Part shown: piece after piece, positions 11,772 to 23,875 of the stretch
Position numbering within the stretch: the first letter of the stretch is position 1
Layout of the letters: each line of letters begins with the position of its first letter
NCBI GenBank assembly: GCA_051294905.1
Contig: CM119371.1
Location: 20,896,001-20,960,000, forward strand
Direction: 5' to 3'
DNA from: Botryllus schlosseri
Lineage: Eukaryota
Length of the DNA: 64,000 nucleotides
Position numbers and translations under genes: made by a program
The notes under the pieces: generated by a model
What the model saw: only the letters and a program-made list of their open reading frames with translations
Told to the model about the DNA's origin: nothing
The model's database searches: none

Positions 11772-13039
11772 ACGTGGAGACGATAGCTGGTTACTAATCC
11801 TCACTGACTCAGTCAACAGTACTTAATATCCGTAGGAAACATGGAATCGATAGACTAGTATAGTGTTATCATTCATAATGAACAGACCGTGAATTTCGTG
11901 CTTCAGCGCGAGCTCGTGAGAATATGAATTTACAGCGCATATCATCTGCCTAATTACTGATAAGTTTCAAACTGCAACTGCGAATAGTCGGTGTTACCGC
12001 ATAGAAACTTATGATATCAAAATACGAACAAATAAATCCTATCATGCCTCAATAAACATAGTAGTATAGTAATATAGTCTATACTACTAGCTCACGTCAT
12101 GATTGCTTGTCGCGATGTTATATAAAAAAGAGATATAATAATAAGTCATGAAATGTTCTCGTCGTTTTACGAGAGCAGAACCTGTATGAAGGACGAGGTC
12201 GCGAAACTCGATAATGCCTATCTATACAGTAGCGTAGTGTGACGCGCTGCCCCTACGATGCTCGATCTTGCGGATATGCGCAATAAATAGAATAACGCGA
12301 ATGGTCTTAGGAGCGGTTTTAGTATACCAAGTTAAACTGCTTGCTTGTCATCACTGGGGCAGTGGAACGGGCTGGTTGTCTCATCTTCAGCCTCCATCTT
12401 CAGTTGTACTCACATTTATACTAGAAAAATCTGCCATTCCTGGCACCGCGCTGATGGACTTTCCCTAGCCCTGTCAATATGCCCGCAAACAAACAACCGC
12501 AAGATAGCTACCTCTATTTGCAAATCATTTCGTGTAGTTAGAAATCGAATCATCTGGATCCGGCAGTATGAATGTATACACGGATAAATTTTCGAATTTA
12601 CATTGTTTTACAGTTCCGACCTCAGAGCAACTATATCTCTATACTTAAAATCGATTTGTATTGTTCTCCCTTCAGGGGAGTCCCTGTGGTCTGTAAATTC
12701 ATTTTAGTCACAATAACTATGCGTAATCGCCTACATGCGACGAATTTCACGATACCGAAACAGTGAAATGTTTTCTTTTGTATTTTCGAAAATACGACTT
12801 CTGTCGCATCGTCCTCATTGCATCTTGCTCTACCCTGTCCATCACTGAGATCTCCGGAGTCGTCCTTATGATAAAAATTATTCAATTAAAGACAGCATCT
12901 ACCATCATAAGATCGTCGCTAGATGTCTGTATAGGGAAATGGATGATTTCATGTTTGCAATGTAAACAGATGCAAAACATCTGCGTCGAAGCAAATATCT
13001 CAAGTAAATATTATTCGTGAATATCTCATATAATTTATC

Positions 13040-13330
13040 GATGACCAGTGAAATTCTGCGCTCGGCGTGCCTACATTGCCAAATGCGTCCATTTCTGCAA
13101 CATCAAAGGATGCGGGTTCGAGTCCGACCGATGTCGACTATAGCTTGGTGTTGGAGGTTTATCTAGGCTCCTCCTCGCCTCCTTATCCTCGTAAGCGGTG
13201 TCTTACAAAAAGCCTGGAAGTGGGCCGTGCTATAAGTCGGCAGTTACGGAAGGCAATGAAGAATATCGGCCTGGTGTAAATGACCATAGTAGTCGACAAA
13301 CACCATGAACACCACAAAGCAAACAAACAG
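13040..13330 (+). mobile_element. tRNA-derived SINE
   Basis: Pol III B-box GGTTCGAGTCC at 13115-13125 and a (CAAA)n tail. An inverted copy of the body lies at 41550-41715 and a fragment at ~52560-52620. Confidence 0.75.
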
Positions 13331-13544
13331 TGATATCCATTTGTTTTAAAACAGGAAATCGTAGGTCATTGAAATGCATGAATTCTCCGTTTCGAGAACT
13401 CAGTGAAATTTTGTTTGGTTTTATGTAGCGTGGATTGCATACTACAAATCTAACACTCAACCACAATGTCCCACCATGTAGTGTCCTAAGTCCAAACGTA
13501 TAACAGTACTTTTAAAATACATTTTAATAATATATTCATATTAA

Positions 13545-13582
13545 AACCCGAAGCTTTTCGAGCTGACACTTCTCAAGGGCAA
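13545..13582 (-). ncRNA. Minimal type I hammerhead ribozyme motif in the PLE 3' end (U3-A8 core variant)
   Basis: Minus strand reads gccc UUGAGAA g-ugucagcu-c GAAA agcu UC gggu: stem I, core, 1-bp stem II, and a palindromic AGCU loop on stem III. Confidence 0.7.
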
Positions 13583-13692
13583 TCGTCAGCAAATGGAGAA
13601 TTTCAAAAACATGCATCTAGCTACATTGCATACAACCAATTATGACGTCATAGAAACAAACAACATGAAATACAGGCAAACCGCGAGCGCAG

Positions 13693-14541
13693 CTAGTGAA
13701 CAATTTTTAGATTCACTACAAATTCCTTCTGCTGACACAAGCGCGGTCGGTGGATTTTAATATAAGTCGATTCCAGTGCAGACAGATGGAAATTAGTGCG
13801 GCCTCTACCTAATATCGAAAATCTTTCATCGCGATAGTTTTTAGCGCAAGTTACATTCTCAGCCAAATGCTTGCCGATGGCAGAGTTCATAGCCATGGCC
13901 TGATTACGTTCTAGTATTCGGAGATCAGTTACGGCTGCGTCTTCGCGAGAGTCCAATATGCGTGATCTAATAACGCTAGGGACATGTTGTTTGATGCGTT
14001 CCTGCAAGCGCTGAGTTGTTCTTCCCACGTACCGACAATCACAGTGGCACTTGAAATCATAGACTATATTGCTTGGTTGAAAAGCAGGAAGAACATCTTT
14101 GCGCGTTGCAGGAAGCAATTGTTTGGTGGTAAACACAACATTAGTTTTTACGTTATCGTAACAGCGATTAACAGCAGAAATCAATTGTTTTTCAAACCGG
14201 GAAGAGATGGGGCCCAGCCACGGCAAATGTATATATACATTTTCCTCAGACCGTGTGTTCGTGTTTTGTGATTTGTTGGGATTGAAATTACTGAGTTTTC
14301 TGTCCACAGAACTTTTGATGATGTGTTCGGGGTAGCCGTTATCGATTAGAATTTTGCGGATATATTCTAGCTCCGCGTTTAATTTTACATCCGAACAAAT
14401 CATCAAGGCTCTGTGCACCAATGTGCCAATCAAATTTAGTTTACGGCGATTCGGGCTAAAAGAATTCCAGCGTATGTAATGCCCTGTAAACGTTGGCTTC
14501 CGGTAAACCGAAGTGACAAAGCTAACACCCCGTTTTTCCAC
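13693..14541 (-). CDS. Penelope-like RT-thumb plus GIY-YIG endonuclease (partial, 282 aa open frame)
   Basis: VYRKPT, HLPWLG, NIVYDFKCHCDCRYVGRTTQRLQERIKQH, SAIGKHL, LESTYIKIHRPRLCQQKE. Confidence 0.9.
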   Translation of the reverse strand: MEKRGVSFVTSVYRKPTFTGHYIRWNSFSPNRRKLNLIGTLVHRALMICSDVKLNAELEYIRKILIDNGYPEHIIKSSVDRKLSNFNPNKSQNTNTRSEENVYIHLPWLGPISSRFEKQLISAVNRCYDNVKTNVVFTTKQLLPATRKDVLPAFQPSNIVYDFKCHCDCRYVGRTTQRLQERIKQHVPSVIRSRILDSREDAAVTDLRILERNQAMAMNSAIGKHLAENVTCAKNYRDERFSILGRGRTNFHLSALESTYIKIHRPRLCQQKEFVVNLKIVH

Positions 14542-16236
14542 CAGAACGTCTAAGAATGGTAACGAGTTAGCACGCTCTTTTTCAAATGTGAATTTTAAGA
14601 CGAGTGTAGAGAATTCAAGTTAACGAAGAAATCATCGAACTCTTAAACTTTGATAGCTTCCGGACCAGTGGTAGAAACAGTTGGTAGACGTGTCATTTGC
14701 TACGTGGTTTTCATATAAAACTGGACCTATAAATGAGGAATAGGTGGGCTGGATTTCAACATCAAGACACAAGACTTATAGTTCAGCATGTTGACGCACG
14801 ATAAGTTTACAGCACGACAGGTACTCCACACGATTTAAAGAATCTGTAAACTACGTCAATACTAGTCAGCACTCAAGATAACCGGACCACGAACAGACAT
14901 ATCGATTTATCCTACCAACACAGGCCAATTATGTTTTACCTCTTGTCCTTTTATATTATTATCTGTGTCTTATAGTGTGTGTGTCACTTGTATACATGTT
15001 TTTTAGGCAAGTGGATCTCAACCGTTTCCAGTTCGCGCTTCACATTTAATGCAACTTTCATTGTTAAACCCGAAATGAGAAAAAACGAAAAACGTACAGA
15101 GATGGAGCATAACAGCCAAGAATGGCGTAGTACGTGGTGCAGCGATCTCTAATTTCTATTTTTTATTGTTTACATAAATGTGGCATGTCAGCTAGTCAGG
15201 GCGTTGTACTTAGTAACGACAAATCATTGTACCCCTGCGTCTGCTTTTGCGCTTGAAACAATGTAGTATGCTCGCATCAATTGAGTTCTTCGAAAATCCA
15301 GTCCTCCATAGACCTACTAAACCAATTTATGCCTCGTATTGGACACCTGGGGTACAAAATTACGGACGTATCACGCCGTTTTCAACTACACTTAATATTG
15401 CCCCCAATCAGGCTTAATGTTCAGAACTACGGGACGATACACTCACAACGCACTCCGAATGGTCGGGCAGAAGGGCAGAAGATAGTTTCTACTCGGAAAA
15501 TATCCTGAAACTGTGGTAGAGGTACACTTTATTGGAACAACCATCACATGTAAGATTGTCATTATTCATTTAAAAAAATTATTTCTATAACATTGGTATC
15601 ATAACAATTATAAGATTTTTAGCTCCCCATAGCAACTAAAAGTGAGCCGTCTATTACTTATTGAATAGAGAACTGAAACAATATGAAATGCTTCGCTGTA
15701 AGCTTATGTAGACTAACACTGGGTTAGCGTATCGGAGGTTGAGGACCACTGGTGCAGGCCAAAGCAAAATACCGGAGTAAGATAGTGTTATACCGCTTCC
15801 TCCATTTTATCAAGGGAATATATTTGATGCTACTGTCTTAAATTGATGCTATCCTTGAAGAGATCTGGAATATATACATTTACCGCTTTTCAGGATAAAG
15901 ACTTAACGCAGACTCTTACAGATATCTAGTTTTCTACGGTCATAATATGGACGGTCAATTATGAAAAGCCATTTTTGTATACATTCCATAGTGCTCAGAT
16001 AAGTTTACATATGCATTGATTAGCCACATTACAATAGAGATACCGATAACCATTCAAGTTCAAGATAGGTTGTGCATCTGCCTACTGTCCATAGCGTATT
16101 TTCTGTACGAAGGCGACTGTTTTGAGTGTTAATACAAATCTTGTAACAATGACCGCGCTGATGATATTATTATAATACGTAATGGTGTATTATCCTTAAA
16201 CTGAGACACGTCCCCTTCTATGAGGTCATTCTAGTC

Positions 16237-16552
16237 CAGTGGTTCTCAAACTTTTTCAGACACGCCCACCTTTACGTCAGTGAAAAATTTTGCGCCAACT
16301 TTATTGACATATCACAAAATGCATCCATAGTGCCAGTAATCCCAATGTATAGTTTGAAGACATGGAAGGTTGTTACTGTCGATGAGAGAATTCTCCAATA
16401 AAAACTCGGACTATACAAAGAACAAAAACCATGCATAGGAGGTAAATCGCGCAAACCGCAATTTTTTCTTCAGTTAACCACATGCAGCTTCGCGCCCACT
16501 TCAGATGCTTCCACGCCTTCAAGAGGGGCGCCCTCGAGTTTGAGAACCACTG
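16237..16552. mobile_element. hAT (Buster/Charlie-type) MITE
   Basis: TIR CAGTGGTTCTCAAAC / GTTTGAGAACCACTG. TSD TTCTAGTC at 16229-16236 and 16553-16560. Related copies at ~25413-25689 and ~26310-26628. Confidence 0.92.
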
Positions 16553-17986
16553 TTCTAGTCAATGAATTGCGTCATGCTATGGCGGCCGCGAGTCAACAGC
16601 CTTGCGACAATACGCATATAAATTGACGACGCCTGTATTGCAACAAAAACTACAATGTTACAGTTGCTATGCATAAACAGTGTTGTCACATTGTCGTTAC
16701 TACACCGTTATTACGGTCGACTTGGAAGGTTTTGAAGATAACATTTGGATTGGTTACTTAGCAATGTTGACATACCTGGTGTTACGACTCTACGCGACAA
16801 TATCGGTAGCGTCATTATTTATTCGGCACTTAGCTTTTAGTTGACTCTTGTCAAAAGGATCTACTATCACATCACGCTATCAATGTCAATATTTACATGG
16901 TCGTGACGCGAAGAGTAACAGCAATGTTAGTCGATCTTTTATCGCAGGTAAACACATCGTCTCGTAGGCTAATCTTGCCTAGCCACCGACTCTCACAGAT
17001 ATTGCATAGCTAATAATCGGGGTGCATGTTCTCAGAGTGCACACATTTGCTGAGGACATGCGGGACGAACGTGGGGGATGGGCAGTTGTTCTACAATGAG
17101 GAGATTTTATTGAGGATCAGTCAAAAACTTCAACTTGACAAAACTGACCTGCGCCACCGGAAGGAGATGACAAATTCACACAGAAAACGTTACCCGCAAA
17201 CTTACGAACGCTGTCTACTCATGCTTTAAAATGCATAAAAATTTATTAAACGTCCATATACGATTGATAAATACAGTGAATTTAATATATCCTACCAATA
17301 CATGGTAATAATGTTCTGCGGCCCGCAGCCTCTTTTGCTATAACAATGGTTGATAACCAGTGTCTCGGCAGAATAAATAAAACATTAGTTTCAGAACCTC
17401 TCCAGGATACTATTACCTTGTTCGTTGGTTGTGTCTGCATTCGTTTACTTACTTACGACTTCTAGGACCTTGGTGACGCTTTATATTTTAGGCTGCATAA
17501 GTGTATACCGTACAAGCCGATTGTACTTTTGTTGACTGCACCTACAAATTGATAGGTCATACTACGAATTGTTTACACATCCTGTTCTGACACCGCGTAA
17601 CGTGGCAATTCCGTTACTCGTCGTGAGTATATTTGGAAATTAGCAGGATGACTCGCCGGAAGTCTGATGATTTTGATGAAATCTTTAAGAGCAGGAGAGC
17701 CAAATACGAATTTACAGTCCTTTACAGCAACCCGGACTTCAATAATTATTCGGCGCCATATATAAATAGCAGGATGCACTGCACATCATGAAAATGACCT
17801 GAAATGACTATTTGATGACTTAAATATTGGCACGAAGGTTGAACCCAATGTCACGAGAAACTGGATATTCCTTACACGCAGAGTTGAAAGTTTGTTTTAA
17901 ACGAACGCTTTTTTAATTGTGTTTTAAACGAACGCTTTTTTAATTGTGCTTTAAGTGGTAAAATCATGCCATAATTGCGTAATTAC

Positions 17987-18493
17987 TAGGACAAGTTTTT
18001 AGGCAACCTTTTTTTACAGCTTCCGGTCGCTTCCTAAATGCTCATAAGATATATAGAATGCTTTTTTAAGCTGTTTGAAGGAGTCTTATAGTGCAACTTT
18101 TTAAAAATTTTGTTTATTTTTTTCATGCAACTTTTTGCAACATTTTGCAACTTTTTCGATTTTTTCATGAGAGTATTTTTGATTTTGGTGAAATACACGG
18201 CCAAATTCGACTGAAATACCGTACATCAGCACTGAAGTAACGCACTTACGAGTATTTCGGGAGCTGAGCCGGAAAGTTGACCTATTTTTATTCCGTCAAT
18301 TATTAGAGAATGCGGATGGAAAACTGTATTTCGGGAGTGGAACTATGGATTTGACCTTTTTTTTAGCCAACCGCGCAAAATGTGGTCTTTTAGTGCAACT
18401 TTTGTGAAAAAATAAATGCAACTTTTTACTGCAACTTTTGTCTAAAATAAATGCAACTTTCCACGGATTTAACTGCAACAATAACTTGCCCTA
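17987..18493. mobile_element. hAT MITE with TGCAACTTT subrepeats, nested in an AGGGTTGCATT-family element (~17880-18816)
   Basis: Ends TAGGACAAGTT / AACTTGCCCTA. TSD GTAATTAC at 17979-17986 and 18494-18501. Confidence 0.85.
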
Positions 18494-21400
18494 GTAATTA
18501 CTATCCTAAAAACATGTTGTATGAGCCTACGGATAATTACCATCCGACATAACCGACGTATACGATATGGGATGGTTGGAACCCTCAAAATAGTCGGTTC
18601 AACAGCTAAAGTACGTAGACATCTCGTCAAATAAGCTATATTTAGTATTTACCCTATATTTTCGATTGTCAATGTCACTTCATTTTGACGTCACAATTGA
18701 ATATTTGTGACGTCATGGCTTAAAAATATATAAAAACAATAAAAAACATGTTTTAAGCGAAAGCCTTGTTTTAAACATGTCTGTATTAAATTAATTTTTG
18801 TTTTTAATGCAACCCTAGGCCCAGCACTGTAAACTACTTACGACACAATTGCCGTCAGTTATTTCCGATCCTACATTTACAAACTCATCTGGAGTCATCA
18901 TAACACATGCATGTGGTACGCAAGGCACCACTAATTATTGATTTTGCGCAAGGTTTGCTCTTTTGCTGTTAAGTCAATAGAGTCGTGCTATATTCCGGAG
19001 TATCGGAATTCTGTAGCATCAGCAACGTTTACTTGTTGCTGATCCCGACATATATGCAGTAGCATGATGCACACGTTGATAAATACACTCAAATTCATAA
19101 ATCGGATACAATATGCCACTTAAAGGTCATGCATCAAAATGCTTCGGTGGCATATTCAGGTGTTCGCTGGATTTTAAGGTGGACTTTGGACATACCTACA
19201 TACCTGAGCGAGGCCTGATCACCGGCGGATTACAGCTCCACAGGCCCCCACCTTTATTGTGCGATTTGTTTTTCGAGAATTCGCACATCGTTATATTGGA
19301 CGTTTGGTATATGCCAGACGATTAGATATAATTGTTCAGCTAATAGTCGGGATGATAGGGTGGAGGTTTGTTGAGTGAAAAAAGAGCATCTAATTTAGCA
19401 AGTGCCAAGTTAGTGAGAGAATACCTGCATTTCAATAAATACTCAACGCTGTATAGATTAGGGCCAGAAAACAGTGGTGACAAGCAAATGTTTTCCAATT
19501 AAACAACGATAGCAGGCTACGCAAGCCGACGTTGATGTAAAGCAATGAGTTTCTACGCAATTTCCAGTAGAAGTAGCTTTTTCAAATTATACACTTCAAA
19601 ACTAAATCAAGAGGAGCTAAAAATGAAGTTTTGTGACGCACTGTTAAAGTTCGTATAATTGTTTCAGGTAATTTATTATCGGATGGTATTTTCTGAATAG
19701 CAAAGTGCATTATTGCGCCTGATGCAAGATAGGTAAAACCCGACGAACTCACTTGGTTTGCGATACTTCCTTTTTAGTTTTCATGAAAGCTACGTATTGC
19801 ATTTCCAAATTGTTTGTGACATGATGCGAGATCAATAAATTTTGCGGGTTATGCAGGCGTGCCGTATGTGATTAAATGTTGTGTGGTTCGATCCCGGGTT
19901 CCTCTAAGATTCTCCTTGGTTTTCCTCCACGTAGGTGTACTCGTATCCTGCATAAGTACGGTCTCGTTGCTGCCCGGTTCTAATCGGTTTGTTAGGCAGC
20001 AATGATGTTGATGGCAATACATGGCATAAGGCCTGTTATAGCTGATAACTATCGATAGCAATTGCTCGAATTTCGTATTGAATGTCAAAGATCGTGCTTA
20101 TGACGGTCAGATGGTGCGTACAATTTCTCCTCGAAATACGGGCCCAAGAAACAACTGAATAAGTGCTGTTATATCTTGGCAGAGGTGTGTTGCCGTGGTA
20201 GTTACGAGAATATGTTGCGACTATAAGTAAATTATATTGTTTTGGGTATTTGTACGAATCCTTTGGTCGGTTCCGCTACCACCAAACTTGCACCACACAC
20301 GAGCATACTCGAATTGCATGAGTTAACTGCCATATCCCAAGTGTCAAACCCCAAATTTATTACATCACGTAGAATTTATTGTAGTATAAAGAGAAAGTTC
20401 CGGACAGGTGTATTCAACTTGTGAATTTTATCATCGCGGTCATTGGAACAATTTTTGCTATTACCAGAAAGAACAATTACAATAACGCATGCTTACAGCC
20501 GCCATAAATATTTCAATGAATGTGCGACACATAAGCATGCAGGATGCAGGTGTGAAATTTGACTCTCGTTGACATAGTTGAATATTCTATTTTTTATTTA
20601 CCCATACCAGAGTTTAAACGGGCCATCGGATTAGTCTGTGATTTCATATCTACTTTGACATTAGTAAAATAATACAGTGGGTATATTATCATTTTAGGTG
20701 CGAAACAGAGCATGTGGCTCTCGGGTGGTTATATGCAATGTTCTCTCTAATTTTTCATGAGTCTGCGCAAACACACCAACTCACTGTGCGGTCCCTTGGA
20801 TAACAGTGCTTGACACCAGACGTGCGTAATGTCAGTTTTATAAAAGAGTTTTTCCTCAAACCTGACAACATTATGTAATATGGTACTAATACTTTCGAAT
20901 GACCAAATATAGCATGATAGCGAGATCGATTTAAACTAGAAATACCTGACGTATAAAATATAGAGCAACCCTACAGTCGTCCTTATGATCTATTGTACAA
21001 CACAAGTTATCCATAAGTTAATGCAGGGTGGCCCAATTCATAAATCCTGACATTGTTCTTGAAGTATTTTACCTGTCGTAATACTGTTATCTTCTTGAAT
21101 ATTGACACGACGTCCCGACTCAGTTCGACAATGCTCGAGTCCTACGATTGATAGGAAAATAAGATGAGGTAGAGGTGAGTGCACTTTCACACTCAGACAG
21201 TAAGTAGCGAGATGAGGTACCGATGGATCAAAAATTGCAAAATGATCTCTGGCCTTCAAGTCTTGAGCCGAGAATAGCGGATCTTTTGCTGTCTCAACAC
21301 TTTGATACAAGCTCTGACCATCGCGGGCATTTACATGGATATACTCCTTTTCAACAAATATTTAAAAGCGTTTAAAATTTGCTTCTCGACCGTATCATTG

Positions 21401-21620
21401 GTCCCCACCCGGTCGGTCCAATGGCACACGACAATGGGACCTATGAGACACACACTCAAAACTCAAATTTTTCAACTTATTTTGTTGTGTACTATAATCT
21501 AAGCTACATCATGCCAATAAAGAATGTTTCGTCGCCTCCTACAAGAATAAAATATATTATATCAACTGAAATGTTGGGATAAAATCACGTTTTTATTTCC
21601 GCCACATTAATGCCACATAC

Positions 21621-23686
21621 CAGGGTTGTAATGACTCGAGTCACGATTTTTTTGTGACTCGACTTGACTCGAGTCATTTTCTTGAAATGGGAAAATGACT
21701 CGACTCGAGTCAATATTTGGATTGACTCGACTTGTACTCGAGTCATTACGCATGACTCGGCTCAAGTCATTGACTCGGCTTATTTTATGTGACTTGAAGG
21801 TGAAGAAAGTTGCGAATCACAATGGTTAGATCAACGCATGTGACGAATTCTGTCGACATCGCTATTTGTCATCACTGCTTTCGTTGCACTCGTCTGATAT
21901 CAGATATGCGCCGCCGTAAAAACAAAAGACAATGGTACATAGTAGCAAAGAGCAATGCATTGTACAAAATCATCCAGTGATGAAGAGGTAATAGATCCTC
22001 CGCCATCAAAGTACTCAAGACATTTCAATTATACAAGCAAACAATCGAAGCAAAGTCCAATTAGAGCCAAAGAAATGACTCAGATGGTCAAGTAGCCTAC
22101 TTGGAAGAGACTGATAAGCTCATGTGTAGATATGAAGGCGATGATTCTTTGCATTTTTGGCCGACTAGAATGGATGAGTATCTAATGCTCTTCAGTGTGG
22201 TTCAAAATTGCTTTTCAATTGCTGCATCTAATGCACCAGAGGAACGTGTATCCAGTGGATGTGGATTATTCTAAGGCCATGCCGCCTCAACATATATGAG
22301 AATCTCCTTTTCACTTTAGTATTTTTCAAGTGTAACTCATTGATTTGATCTGCTGTCTGTGAAAACACACAATACCCTCCGTCCGTTTGACGTTTTGTTA
22401 GGTATGTGCATTGTGCACGTGATAATAATGAATGGCTAATGTTGTGTGATATTTGTACAATGGGGCCGATCAAAAATACCTTCTTTTTATTCTACTGGGT
22501 GGCTACTTGATAAAATTGCTACGTTGCATAAAAAGAACACTGAATCTGGCCTAATTTGAAAAAGTGGAATCAATGAAATGAGAGGAGAAAATATTGGATT
22601 TGAAAATACATGGAGTATTTTTAGTGAGAAATGATTTCATATAATATAATTACATAATAGCAGTAAGTCGACTATTTTTTCATATCCAAAATATTCCACT
22701 CTAATAACTCCGCTTCTTCTAGTTGGAATTGAGCCAAATTTTCTATGAATCATATTTTTACACAATCTAACAATATCATGAGGTAGCCGGTATATTTCGA
22801 AAGTCTCTATTTGTAATTAATCCAAAATATCTTCTCTTAGCATTGCTTTCTACTGGTTGGAATTAAGCCAAATTTAAGTTCTTTTAGATAATCTAACAAT
22901 TTTAAGAAGTAGCCTCTTTTTTGAGATTCTGACCTCATTTTTGAGAATTTATTTGGTAAATGTAGGGCAAATTAGACTAAGACAACAATAAATCAGCACT
23001 AAAGTAACGCTCCGGCGACTATTTCGGCAGCTGAGCAGGAAAGTTGACCTTTTTTCTGGTCAACCACCTGATATGATGTGAAAGCAAAACTGTACCTCTA
23101 CATAAGCGTTTATCTGTTCATTCTTTACCAGCTTGTATCTAGCTAGACGTGAATTCGTAGGTCTTCTATCAGATAGTACGTAGACGTGAATTCGTTAATT
23201 CTCTATAAGCTATTTGTGAGCGGTCGTCGATGTGCTCGTAATAAAAACTGAATGCTTTTATTTGTGATATATCAGACTGACAAGACATATATTCGATTTA
23301 AAGTTCTAAGATTAGTAACGTTATCGTATTAGCGGCCTGTTACGTCTATCTGTAGCATTGGTATATGATGCCAGGAACTGTCTGTTATCTGCCTAACTAA
23401 ATAAACTTGTGCCAAGACTATGATGGGGACAAAATAAGCATGTTTGGCAAGCAAGGAATTCGATATCACCCAAGCAGGATTGAAAACATAAGTTGAACAT
23501 GACTTCAATACTGTGACTTGGACTCGACTCGAGTCATAACACTATGACTCGGACTTGACCCAACGGTGACTTGGACTCGGACTCGAGTCGGTGATGAATT
23601 GAAAATGACTCGACTCGACTCGAGTCAAAACCACAAAAGTCAGATTGACTCGTGACTCGGAACCATGTGACTTGGTTACAACCCTG
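21621..23686. mobile_element. hAT deletion derivative (GACTCGAGTC family) retaining the transposase C-terminus
   Basis: TIR CAGGGTTGTAA / TTACAACCCTG. TSD CCACATAC at 21613-21620 and 23687-23694. Confidence 0.92.
22083..22340 (+). pseudogene. hAT transposase C-terminal dimerisation domain remnant
   Basis: DSLHFWPTRMDEYLMLFSVVQNCFSIAASNAPEERVSSGCG, then after a frameshift LRPCRLNIYENLLFTLVFFKCN. Matches the hATC pattern FW...YP.L..A...SIPASSA..ERVFS...LVFLKCN. Confidence 0.8.
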
Positions 23687-23875
23687 CCACATACATATTA
23701 CCGTAAAATCGACATTTTGAATTTCAAATACCTCGTAATAGCGATCAAACACCACATGTAACACTGTTATATAGTCTCTATATATGTAGGCGTGTTTCTG
23801 TTGTTAAATGATTAGTTGGTCCAACTATTTTGCTTGATTTGGCTGTGGTACCATAGGTCACCCACCCTATCATTA

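Larger units (their letters stand above)
13520..14640 (-). mobile_element. 5'-truncated Penelope-like retroelement (PLE)
   Basis: RT C-terminus/thumb (KFTFEKERANSLPFLDVLV...VYRKPTFTGHY) followed by a GIY-YIG endonuclease. The 3' non-coding end is shared with the second copy at ~27130-27290. Confidence 0.92.

Noticed and set aside
12059..12089. Hairpin TAGTAGTATAG-N9-CTATACTACTA matching the Polinton-like terminus
   Set aside because: It is only an 11-bp stem in low-complexity TA-rich sequence with no TSD or internal similarity, so chance cannot be excluded.
13060..13135. tRNA gene
   Set aside because: A B-box is present but there is no convincing cloverleaf. The sequence continues into a repeated body with a (CAAA)n tail, i.e. 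a SINE.
13984..14271. Antisense or overlapping ORFs on the PLE and L2 coding regions (also 28747-29511)
   Set aside because: These are shadow ORFs of the real retroelement frames and show no recognisable motifs.
19845..19990. Second SINE head (GGTTCGATCCC box)
   Set aside because: It is a single degenerate occurrence with no tail, TSD or second copy in the window.
21024..21310. 90-aa minus-strand ORF as a host gene
   Set aside because: No splice or motif support. At most it is a very decayed Buster-type transposase tail next to a CAGGGTGGCC end, too weak to call.
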